Positions 35,401 to 43,223 of a stretch of DNA of 43,223 nucleotides are shown one piece after another. This stretch comes from Candidatus Thorarchaeota archaeon (GTDB taxonomy: Archaea; Asgardarchaeota; Thorarchaeia; Thorarchaeales; Thorarchaeaceae), in the NCBI GenBank assembly GCA_048882045.1, contig JBHLRZ010000028.1:1-43223 (forward strand). The letters run 5' to 3'. The notes below the pieces were generated by a model, which had not been told where the DNA came from, did no database searches, and worked only from the letters and a program-made list of their open reading frames with translations. How positions within the stretch are numbered: position 1 is the first letter of the stretch; every line of letters starts with the position of its first letter. The position numbers and the translations under genes are program-made.

Positions 35401-38400
35401 CATCAATATAGTTTGGTGCAATTCCTTCAATCCTAACTACTATTGTATCCGATATTGTACCTAAACTCGTATCGAGAATCGCTGTATAGTTGCCAGGTGC
35501 TCCAGATGGCAAAAATGAACCTGTTCCACCAATCCAATCATAGGTTATGGTTGCCAACGAAACAGTTTGATTTCTCAGAGTATCGTTAATTGCCGCAAAT
35601 ATGGTAAGGGGCTCACCCCAATATATTTCACTGGTAGGTCTTGGTCCACTCCAAGTGACTAAAAGCTGAGACGGTACTGCAAGAAGGTTAATTTCAACAT
35701 TTAGTGAAGTGATTGTATAATGTAGCAAATTAGCCGCCACATTCAAAATATTCGAACCAAAATTCAAACTACCCGTCTGGAGTGTTATGTTGTAGCTACC
35801 ATCTCCGAGATCCAAATATGATGACGAGTCTCCCCAAGTTAAAATCAATGTGGCTCCTGGAAGGGGACTATCATTGGCATCATAATCAACGATGTAAATA
35901 AACACGGATGCTGGATTGCCTGCATAGTTTGCTGGCGCTATTACTGCAGATAGACCAGCAACTCTGTTTCTTAATCCGAATACTACTGAAGTCTGAGCTA
36001 TCTGATATTGTGTGCGATTGACAGTTACCATGATCGATTGCAGACCTACGCTCAAAGTATCCATCATACTCAAAGTGATGTTGTACTGCCCCCCACCTAT
36101 TGGAAGAACCGACCAAGATGATGGCTCTAATCCTGTTGATCCGTATATGACAGAGATTTGTCCTTCTGCCCCATTTATCGGTATATCATGGTCCGTGTCT
36201 CTAAATTGTATCACAAACGACACTTCGTCATAGAATGCAACAACTGAAGGTGAGGGCAAATCACTTGAAACTGCAGTTTGAATTTCACGAACATGTCCCT
36301 GTATTTCAGAGGTAATAGTATCCTCATAGTAAGGACTAACGAAAGGACTCCATTGTAGTTCGATTACAAAAGTGAAGAATCCGAGGTCGCCCAACAAAGT
36401 CGTACTGATAAGAATTCCGTACTTTCCAGAGTCAATTCCAGTCCCCATCTGTATCCAATAATGTACTCCTTCTACAAGGCCGGGCACTTCAAGACATTGT
36501 AGAATTATGTTTGCACCTTCAATGGGGTATCCTGTTCTCTGATCTGTATATGTCAAGTTAATAATCATATTATCTCCAAAGGGTGTTTCCTCGATTGGAC
36601 TCAGCTCAACATTACCAACTCTTCCTACAGTGTCAACAAAAATTGAGGTAGCATCAGTATTATAGTATGGTGCACCAGCAGTCCAATCAATAAGAATTGT
36701 AATGTTCCAATTACTTACTAAACCTGCACTTAACACGGTAGAATTGATTTGAAGTCTATAAATGGAACCAATGGTTTGTACAACATATTCACCATATGCA
36801 AGAAGTGTTATGTCACTATAGATCTTAATGTCACCCAGGAATACACCCACTCTCTGTCCTGTTGATATATCCACAAATGCAAAATCCAATGTCATGTTAT
36901 CAAGATACCAAGTCTGTCCCGGTGGAAAGACTATTTCGACATTCGTTGGTCTCTCGATTACAGGAATATTGACGATCCTTTGAGCATCGCTATAATATGG
37001 TGGTCCAGCTGACCAACTGGCCATAACCTGAAGCGTTTTCAATCCTGGTGGTCCAAGAACTGAGGTGTCCACAGAGATCGTATATAGACCTGGGCTTGCT
37101 TCTACAATTATATAGTCAATTGATGGTTCAAGCAGTTCCAACCCGTAGTAGATGTAGATTGTACCACCAGTAATTCCTGACGATGATAATATGTCCTTGA
37201 ATAGAATTGTAAAGTTCACAAAATCCTGATAGTGCGTTTGAGATGGGGACGAAATCAAGTTTAGACTGGTGTCGCGCTCGCGCATCTCGAATGATACTAA
37301 GATATCCTTCCATTGGTAGAAAGGTTCTGTATATTCAGAGCTGAAATTCAACCAAAGATGATAGATCTGTCCTAGCTGGAGTGGATGATTATATGTTTCA
37401 ACCGTGAGTAGATAGCTTTGTAGTGAAGATCGCCATAAACACGTGAACAACCAATCGGTTCCATTTAGAATCTCTAGACTTGTCATGACTCCAGAACCAT
37501 TTCCTATTGAAACGAGAGTATCAAGATCCTGATAGTATAGAACGATACTGAACGAGTTGCCATATGGAACGGATCCAACTGGTTCAGCTGTCAATACTGT
37601 GGGGCGAAAATCAACAACAAGGTCCTTTGTAGCGCTTCTAGCTTGATAGTAAAACTGGGCAGACGAAACTTCCATCCTAAGCGAATAAACACTAGGTTGG
37701 CTGAAATAAGATGTGTTCAGTTCAATTAGATATTCTCCAAAGCCTAGACCAGTAATCTTCACATGACTAGAGGGTATCAATGCTAATCCAAAGTAAATCT
37801 CTAAGTTTGCATCTAGAACAGATTTGGAAGTCGAACCAGCAATGTCAACATATGTCACAGTAAAGGTGGCAATATTACCATAAGGTGTCGTAGGAGGTGT
37901 GGGATAAGTTAGGAGGGTCTGACGTTCTATCAGTGTTACTCCCACAGACCGTCCAGTGACATTTGAATAGAAGGGTAGTCCGCTCCAGGTAAGATTTAGA
38001 ACTAGCAATCTTGCTCCTAAAGGTCCTCCCAATTGACTTGTGTTGAATGAAATTGTGTAGAGGTCTTCAAGAGCGTTGTAGGTCAATGTGAAATCAGGGA
38101 CATTTAGTGATATTTCCATAGCAATAGGATCATAATCAATAGGACTGGAGGTACCTCCAGTTGTATCCTCATAGGTGAACGAAAAGGTGGCATTCTCACC
38201 AAAAGGAACATTGGTTGGTGGTATGACGGAAAGGGATGCTGCTCTTGGGAGCACTCGTACAGAAATCAGATCGGTCCTGTTTGTATAGAACGGAGAAACT
38301 CCAGCAGACCAGTTGATGAACACCTTCATTGAGATGATTCCCGTTCGTCCAATTATTGAATTATTGAACCCAATCGAGTATTCTCCGGGTCTACCAAAGC

Positions 38401-41400
38401 TGTCTATCTCCCAGATATTCACTTGCGACAGATCAACACTTACACCTACAAACTCTACACTAATGAAAACATCAGATGTGTCATTTGTTATCCCTGTACC
38501 TGTGGTCACACTTGTATACAGAAATGTGTAGACCATATAATCAAGGCATGGAGAGGGAATAGCTGCTTCAATCAATGTAAGATCTGTTTCCTCCCCAATT
38601 ATCTCTACTGAAACTGAGATGTATCTATTCTCATACTTCTGAACGCTTCCCGTCCAATTGAAGAAGACAGTCAGTTGCTGAGTACCGAGTCCTGCGAATT
38701 GTGATGCATCTATAGTTATAATGTAATAGCCCGCACTGGTGTCATTGTCCCATGTTATTGTCAACTGATTAGTTGTGTTCCACACGGTGCAGAGAACATC
38801 TGATGATACAATCCCCTGTAGGTGGTCTCTATCACCGTAATATACAGAAATATCGATTTGACCAGTTGGCGTGCTATCTTCGATTGGTGACAAAAGACGT
38901 AACTCAGTGTCAATTGATCGAATGGTTACAGTAACCTTGAACGTAGCTATTTCATATTCCGCACCAGACCAATAGTCGAAGACTAAAAGATATGATGTCA
39001 AGGTGTCGCTGTCATAGGTGTTAATGGTGATACTATAGCGATTACCAATCCAAACAATATCATAGTGAACAGGGGTCCAATTACAGATGTGATTCAGAGT
39101 GAAGATTGGTAGGTCATGATCCATGTCAACATAATCCACATAGAATGTTCGGGAGTCTCCTACTGGTATCTCAAGGTCACTGACAGTAGCTGTGGCATAT
39201 GTTCTGATTTCCCTGACAGTGATGTCAATCGAAATTGTTTGATTCTCATAATTCAGCGCAGACGCAGTGAGGTTCACATTGTAAACTCCAATGCTCCAAG
39301 CTGAAGTGTCGAGTATGACTCTATACCTGCCACTACTTATCAGCAGTTGATCAATTTTCACTGCTCCCGTCACATAGATTGTGGCAGTATCAATCCCTAG
39401 TCCTCTATCAATGTCTACAAACTCTAGAGTGATGACTGCGTTTGTGCTATAGGAAATAGTGAAGAGAGGATAGTCTGGAGAGCTGAGGTCGCTGCGAGCT
39501 TGACTGAACTGAAAACTAATGATTGGCGTTTGTACATCAGAGTAATTCTCAGCTCCTCCAAATACAAGGAATATTCGTATTCCATAATTGCCTCCCGGGA
39601 AGTATGATCGGTCTAACGTTAAGACATAGGTTCCTGAACCCTGATCTGAAAATGTCTTGATTGGATAGATTGTACCGTTCTTATCTCTGATTATGAAATG
39701 GCTCTGCAGGAGTCCATTCACTGCCATGTTATCATACATCGAACTGGAATCGTTCACAATAACATGAGTAGTTATTTCGAAGTCGTCGCCGATTGGGAAG
39801 ACACCTATCTCGTCCCATGAGAGTGCTGTAGTCAGTTTTTGAATTCTCAATTGTATTGCTGTGGTCCCATCATAGAAGTATCTCGGAGATGCAGTTGTGT
39901 AAACTGTAATGTCAATTGTATATGTTCCAATGGTCCAATCCTGCGATTCGATTAGGAATTGAAGCGTACCATATACGGAAGAACCTCCGGTCCATTCAGC
40001 GAGAACACTTGAAAGATTACCGCTAATCGCTACATTTCCATTATCAATGTCAAACATCTCAAGAGTGACGGTAGTATTCGATCCCAAGGATATGGATCCA
40101 TCATAGGTTGCCACTACAAGGAGTCTATGTGGTCTTACAGTCACTGAAACTGTGATTTGACTCGATTGATAATTAATATCACTAATAGTGAAATTAAACA
40201 AGTAGATGCCAACGCTGTAGGACTCTACATCCAGGTTAATCGAGTATCTCCCATCTAGTAGGTCGATATAATCAAATGCTCCATCCCCACTCAATGTTCC
40301 TCCAGTTATTCCAAGATAACCATGATCAATATCTTGCCAATTTAATATAATAGTTGCATTTTCTCCCCAAGGCACACTCACAGGGTTAATTTCAACTTGA
40401 ACAAGGTCTGTGGTAACATCTCTGTATTGAACAACTACATCTACTGAGCTTCCAATTACGAAACTTTGTGTTGGGATTGCATCTAATTCGAAACAATATG
40501 TTCCCACAGTCAGACCAGTTGAATCGATGTTGACAAGATATGTGCCGTTGCTATAATCAGTAACACCGCTAATCGTACCATTCGATGTGAAGGATGCTCC
40601 ATCATAATATGTTCCAGTTATGGCATCTTGAAGATTCACTCTAATGCTGAAGTCATCCCCATAGGGTGTGGATAGTGGCGTTCGATGTGTCAGAATTGTG
40701 TTATGTGAAAGCTCCAAGTCAAAATAGGTTGTTGCGTCAATAAGATATGGGTGACTTGAAATGATATTGAGTCTCCAATTTCCTGGTTGACCCAAATCAG
40801 ACGTGTTTAGGGTTTTACCATAGATGCCATTCCCATAGTCTTCAAACTGAACTTGTGTTTCAAAACCCGATATACTCCAGTTCATCGTAACAGTCGAACC
40901 TGCAATATTCTGTGTTGTTTCAGAATTCGTCAGTTGAACCTCCACCTCTAGAAGGTCTCCCGCAGTTCGAACAGAAACTCCATCTCCGACTGCATCAGTT
41001 GGTGATAGCAGATCCAATGTCGAGGCATGTCTGACAGTGAATAATCTATTATATCTCCCAATTCGCTCTGGACCGGAGTCACCAGTGTTATTGAAGTCAA
41101 TATAGGCTTCCCAAATTCCATTTGGCCAAGAACTTGTCACACTAATTCCAGTCCATTCGAACTGACCACTACCATCTTGACTCAAGTCATCAGCGCTGTA
41201 AAAGAGCTGACCACTTGGATCTACGAGATAAAGTTTCATTGCAGATCCAGGAATGATTGTAGCAGTCCCTCTGAATTTCGCCAAGTCTCCATTTTGAAGT
41301 GTAACCGTATCTGTGTATGATCCAGCATTCGCACCACATTCAAGAAGTGACGCTTCATTATTTGATGAGAATATGAACCTCCAGACACCATAAACATCAA

Positions 41401-43223
41401 GTACTGATGCTGGCACTGTGACTAGTGTCGCTGTGGTTGTGATTTCCGAAAACCTGTTATCCCCAACAGGATCAGACACACGCGTCAGAGTCCATTCTAC
41501 TGGATTACTCAAATTGAAGCTTAGTTCACTGATACCAGCTGGGGGACTAACCAAAACATTAGCAATCCAAGTTGATTCAGTGCCATTTGCAACAGAGAAT
41601 GATGTTCCTGTTACCATGTTCTCATCCAGTGTTGAGCTCTGAGTTTTCACATTGAGTGTTATTCTTGGAAGGATGCTCACAACCGATGAGGTAGCTGTAG
41701 TGAAGGACAATGTAACGTTTTGTCCATATTGTACAGTCTGTTCAGAACCAACACTTAGGAAGCCAGATGGGTCGTACTGGTTTTCATATTCGGTCTGAAT
41801 CCAGCTAGCAGATTTGTAGCCCATCATTGTGCGAAACTCGTCTATTCCTCCAAGATGAACTTGCCCGCCTCCATATGCACCTAGCATGAAAATGTTCGAG
41901 GCGTCTGTCAACCTGTCTCCCGATCCTATGCTTGAATCTGATGAGGAATCCTGCAGTACACCGTCTGCAAAACTGTAGGCTCGTAATGTTCCATCACCAG
42001 TACTTTCATACTTGTACACAACAAAGTTCCATGTCTGACGTTTCACCAAGACATTGACGTATGTGTTGCCTCCAATATTAAAATGGATGTCAGGTTGGAA
42101 CGAAGCATAGTCGTCTGGCCAGCCCGTTGGATTCCTGAAAGTCCTTACCAGAGTTACAGATGAGCCCTTCTGAAAGACTAAGGGCTCTACACTTGTCCAC
42201 TCAGCGTCACTTGAGTAATCAAAGTAGACCCAAAACGAAAACTGGAAGTCTGTCCAACCGTCGAAAATACTGTCGCCATCTATGAAGGGAATATAATTGC
42301 CTACCGCATCCTGGAAGTACCTAGCATCACCAATTTTCGCGTTCTGCATAAAGGATGTTTGAGTGGGCGTGCCGTCATGGTAATTCGGGCTCGAGTCTTT
42401 TAAGAACGAGCCATTGCCGGACTGTTCTGCGAGATGCCAAACGCTGTTATAGTCGTCCCAAATCTGATTCGGATTCTCTAGCATGACTGCATTTGGAGCT
42501 CCATACGCCATGGTGACTATTGTGTCAGTGGAAGCAGACAATAGAGGAACTTTCACCCAGGCTACAAGATGTGCATGAGTCGAATTATAATTTGAGTCAA
42601 AGAGCTCTATTTCGTGATCTAATGTTTCTGAACCTAGCATGAACTTGATATCATCCCCATCTGGCTTAGCATCAGTCTTGAGATCGCTGTCAAATATGTC
42701 AACCAGAACCGGGAAGTCCTCAAGGTCTGAGTTCACCTTTGTGTGGTCTATTGTCAAGTCTTTTGCATAATTAAGGACGGAAATACTGTCATCTTCCTGA
42801 GGAACTAGGTAGTCAACGTAGAGTGTAGCCAAGTCGTCGCCGCCATAACCCCATGTGCCCCTAATGGAGTTCCAGTCACGGTATTGGTCTGAGTTCATGT
42901 AGTCAATCATGATGCAGATATAGTTCCCATTATCCCAACCAGAACGAGATACTACACTTTGCACAAGTGAAGACATGTCAGGGGTTCGATATCTAAAATA
43001 GTTCTGCCAAGAATCCTGTATCCAAGCTACACTAGTTCTGCTCCAGCTATACCTGTCTTCTAGAGTCGGCAAGCCATTTGTGAATGGCGAAACATTGTCT
43101 TCCTCAGCTACAAATACACGAAGCGAATTGCTACCTCCACCAAAAGAGCCTAGCGCTTCCACTTCGAGAGATGCTGAGGTGATTATTGCACCTTGTGGAA
43201 TATCTAGCGGGAATTGGATGCCA
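32450..43223 (-). CDS. Giant (>3590 aa, 5'-truncated) type-I single-pass surface protein: DUF2341 + LamG/ConA-like + ~20+ Ig-like repeats + TM + cytoplasmic repeat tail
   Basis: The frame stays open past 43162 to the window end (GIQFPLDIPQGAIITSASLEV). DUF2341-like (IDHTKVNSDLEDFPVLV...DGDDIKF...AWVKVP); LamG-like (VWHLAE...IDEFR...SWIQTEYENQ); ~100-aa repeats (PYG/PWG...Y.D...I.GA...G.G.Y.I..NT..L); TM YGGAFTLFLILFAVVWVRIL followed by basic residues. Confidence 0.88.
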   Translation of the reverse strand, partial: GIQFPLDIPQGAIITSASLEVEALGSFGGGSNSLRVFVAEEDNVSPFTNGLPTLEDRYSWSRTSVAWIQDSWQNYFRYRTPDMSSLVQSVVSRSGWDNGNYICIMIDYMNSDQYRDWNSIRGTWGYGGDDLATLYVDYLVPQEDDSISVLNYAKDLTIDHTKVNSDLEDFPVLVDIFDSDLKTDAKPDGDDIKFMLGSETLDHEIELFDSNYNSTHAHLVAWVKVPLLSASTDTIVTMAYGAPNAVMLENPNQIWDDYNSVWHLAEQSGNGSFLKDSSPNYHDGTPTQTSFMQNAKIGDARYFQDAVGNYIPFIDGDSIFDGWTDFQFSFWVYFDYSSDAEWTSVEPLVFQKGSSVTLVRTFRNPTGWPDDYASFQPDIHFNIGGNTYVNVLVKRQTWNFVVYKYESTGDGTLRAYSFADGVLQDSSSDSSIGSGDRLTDASNIFMLGAYGGGQVHLGGIDEFRTMMGYKSASWIQTEYENQYDPSGFLSVGSEQTVQYGQNVTLSFTTATSSVVSILPRITLNVKTQSSTLDENMVTGTSFSVANGTESTWIANVLVSPPAGISELSFNLSNPVEWTLTRVSDPVGDNRFSEITTTATLVTVPASVLDVYGVWRFIFSSNNEASLLECGANAGSYTDTVTLQNGDLAKFRGTATIIPGSAMKLYLVDPSGQLFYSADDLSQDGSGQFEWTGISVTSSWPNGIWEAYIDFNNTGDSGPERIGRYNRLFTVRHASTLDLLSPTDAVGDGVSVRTAGDLLEVEVQLTNSETTQNIAGSTVTMNWSISGFETQVQFEDYGNGIYGKTLNTSDLGQPGNWRLNIISSHPYLIDATTYFDLELSHNTILTHRTPLSTPYGDDFSIRVNLQDAITGTYYDGASFTSNGTISGVTDYSNGTYLVNIDSTGLTVGTYCFELDAIPTQSFVIGSSVDVVVQYRDVTTDLVQVEINPVSVPWGENATIILNWQDIDHGYLGITGGTLSGDGAFDYIDLLDGRYSINLDVESYSVGIYLFNFTISDINYQSSQITVSVTVRPHRLLVVATYDGSISLGSNTTVTLEMFDIDNGNVAISGNLSSVLAEWTGGSSVYGTLQFLIESQDWTIGTYTIDITVYTTASPRYFYDGTTAIQLRIQKLTTALSWDEIGVFPIGDDFEITTHVIVNDSSSMYDNMAVNGLLQSHFIIRDKNGTIYPIKTFSDQGSGTYVLTLDRSYFPGGNYGIRIFLVFGGAENYSDVQTPIISFQFSQARSDLSSPDYPLFTISYSTNAVITLEFVDIDRGLGIDTATIYVTGAVKIDQLLISSGRYRVILDTSAWSIGVYNVNLTASALNYENQTISIDITVREIRTYATATVSDLEIPVGDSRTFYVDYVDMDHDLPIFTLNHICNWTPVHYDIVWIGNRYSITINTYDSDTLTSYLLVFDYWSGAEYEIATFKVTVTIRSIDTELRLLSPIEDSTPTGQIDISVYYGDRDHLQGIVSSDVLCTVWNTTNQLTITWDNDTSAGYYIITIDASQFAGLGTQQLTVFFNWTGSVQKYENRYISVSVEIIGEETDLTLIEAAIPSPCLDYMVYTFLYTSVTTGTGITNDTSDVFISVEFVGVSVDLSQVNIWEIDSFGRPGEYSIGFNNSIIGRTGIISMKVFINWSAGVSPFYTNRTDLISVRVLPRAASLSVIPPTNVPFGENATFSFTYEDTTGGTSSPIDYDPIAMEISLNVPDFTLTYNALEDLYTISFNTSQLGGPLGARLLVLNLTWSGLPFYSNVTGRSVGVTLIERQTLLTYPTPPTTPYGNIATFTVTYVDIAGSTSKSVLDANLEIYFGLALIPSSHVKITGLGFGEYLIELNTSYFSQPSVYSLRMEVSSAQFYYQARSATKDLVVDFRPTVLTAEPVGSVPYGNSFSIVLYYQDLDTLVSIGNGSGVMTSLEILNGTDWLFTCLWRSSLQSYLLTVETYNHPLQLGQIYHLWLNFSSEYTEPFYQWKDILVSFEMRERDTSLNLISSPSQTHYQDFVNFTILFKDILSSSGITGGTIYIYYGLELLEPSIDYIIVEASPGLYTISVDTSVLGPPGLKTLQVMASWSAGPPYYSDAQRIVNIPVIERPTNVEIVFPPGQTWYLDNMTLDFAFVDISTGQRVGVFLGDIKIYSDITLLAYGEYVVQTIGSIYRLQINSTVLSAGLVSNWNITILIDWTAGAPYYNTDATSIFVDTVGRVGNVELSPIEETPFGDNMIINLTYTDQRTGYPIEGANIILQCLEVPGLVEGVHYWIQMGTGIDSGKYGILISTTLLGDLGFFTFVIELQWSPFVSPYYEDTITSEIQGHVREIQTAVSSDLPSPSVVAFYDEVSFVIQFRDTDHDIPINGAEGQISVIYGSTGLEPSSWSVLPIGGGQYNITLSMMDTLSVGLQSIMVTVNRTQYQIAQTSVVFGLRNRVAGLSAVIAPANYAGNPASVFIYIVDYDANDSPLPGATLILTWGDSSSYLDLGDGSYNITLQTGSLNFGSNILNVAANLLHYTITSLNVEINLLAVPSQLLVTWSGPRPTSEIYWGEPLTIFAAINDTLRNQTVSLATITYDWIGGTGSFLPSGAPGNYTAILDTSLGTISDTIVVRIEGIAPNYIDASYQLIFRLLPRPMEVIPEQNRYVFTVSYGDTAEVIVSLEDSIDASPVPEASISARWDYSTNLTLIEIPGNPGHYRLLVPTGTAGFGSYQIHLEASKHNYGNASTTLIMAISKIQMVLLLDNVTATYEYTSFYWSDIVRIGVYVLAPALNASNPYSTGLDGLVVTWNSPELGSNGTLVNGVLIGGSGYYYFDFNTSQGIAALHTFLISANPPNSDYERADNSTVIFVRNLEASILSSGSPEFVWGWSGLVNVTYYDAHHAQGIQAESAVFSWAGGSGSSYYLGNGLYGIPINTASLRPGTYTITVAFQKANYDDVEITIRIHIAPVPTKIAILLPTLYQVGDSWTNLQVPYGDVLSITLLYNDTNSAIGIPDALSNNSFYSGPGVYEEFLILINHGNGNYSFVFSTLDWELYTTISYHILFMLDNYTTAVFDFEVSIIEIQTSLEIDGPSVMPLHWGMNTTFWIHYSDSWPGHTGEGITDATIIIDNRNPEFVIVEYLGPDVSRPGYYQFRVTAYSVHGSAEVTINFNKTYYAAKEVSFSVPVSPSPDDIALQNMITYGGAFTLFLILFAVVWVRILRVPKIIRIISGQVRQLRRGRVPKPAKSVASRQELIAALFNELNEEIGVKRKPVTMPGESIIIEVPEIDELVIDLSILTEMTQQELDEFKFEISKMKMSQQTSFVREVIGQEAIRVARIQNKSVEQVMEEVVAERRSRIGDSTTVVKPDIYAVAEEDEDISETAKEEGLDFEQQLRELELQAMAEELESRGIPSHEIESFITQARDLPKDVVEMLLQSFKPREKAEPVKDVTEHLSEDELERLRSELIKRKASEREMEEILKQAKSLPRELALEFFKEPEKPAKKKRRKRVDKLSKEELEDLHAELVRKKVPEEEIVSIMKEAETAPKKRIEEFLKSIEEADLEIPVDEVEFEDRLSEFEIDDLRNQLEQRGLPPEEIDSIIEQARNLPSALIEDLLKSIDADLDKK
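32470..33150 (-). repeat. Four ~40-aa helical repeats (55-65 aa spacing) in the cytoplasmic tail of the giant protein
   Basis: LQAMAEELESRGIPSHEIESFITQARDLPKDVVEMLLQSF / LERLRSELIKRKASEREMEEILKQAKSLPRELALEFFKE / LEDLHAELVRKKVPEEEIVSIMKEAETAPKKRIEEFLKSI / IDDLRNQLEQRGLPPEEIDSIIEQARNLPSALIEDLLKSI. Confidence 0.85.

Noticed and set aside
529-41642. Dozens of 60-180 aa ORFs nested in or antisense to the long genes
   Set aside because: They overlap well-supported CDSs, have biased S/I/F/R composition typical of shadow frames, and lack motifs or SD sites.
1-43223. tRNA, rRNA, CRISPR array, IS element, intein or Sec/Pyl read-through
   Set aside because: Intergenic gaps are 200 nt or less with no cloverleaf or spaced repeats seen. 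PolB and the helicase are uninterrupted at their motifs, and no gene appears split by an in-frame stop. This was inspection by eye; tRNAscan/Infernal would be decisive.

Overview
Gene-dense archaeal chromosomal segment, most likely from an Asgard archaeon (Thorarchaeia-like). This is inferred from GAGGTGA Shine-Dalgarno sites, TATA/BRE promoters, a PolB1-type polymerase, ArcS/RaSEA, a Rab-like small-GTPase domain and a giant Ig-repeat surface protein. Recognisable housekeeping content: a thioredoxin missed by the ORF track, an Hrq1/MrfA-type DUF1998 helicase co-oriented with arcS and RaSEA, a complete nurA-herA-mre11-rad50 operon, two tandem GT-C glycosyltransferases, HIT and PPC proteins, PolB, a class III aminotransferase, an orphan m4C-type DNA methyltransferase and an alpha/beta hydrolase. 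The most interesting signals are proteins resembling eukaryotic trafficking or cell-surface machinery: (i) a soluble protein with a mu-homology-domain-like (adaptin mu/delta-COP) N-terminal half plus DUF11-like Ig domains, (ii) a cytoplasmic IFT52-like GIFT domain fused to a coiled coil, (iii) a Rab-like pseudo-GTPase, and (iv) a >3590 aa single-pass receptor-like protein whose ~400 aa cytoplasmic tail carries four helical repeats. Several apparent pseudo-enzymes, a methanogenesis-marker-9-like Cys motif, an overlapping double palindrome at the thioredoxin promoter and strong hairpins at two convergent gene junctions are also visible. I saw no rRNA, tRNA, CRISPR array or transposase. All family assignments come from reading motifs by eye, not from database searches.
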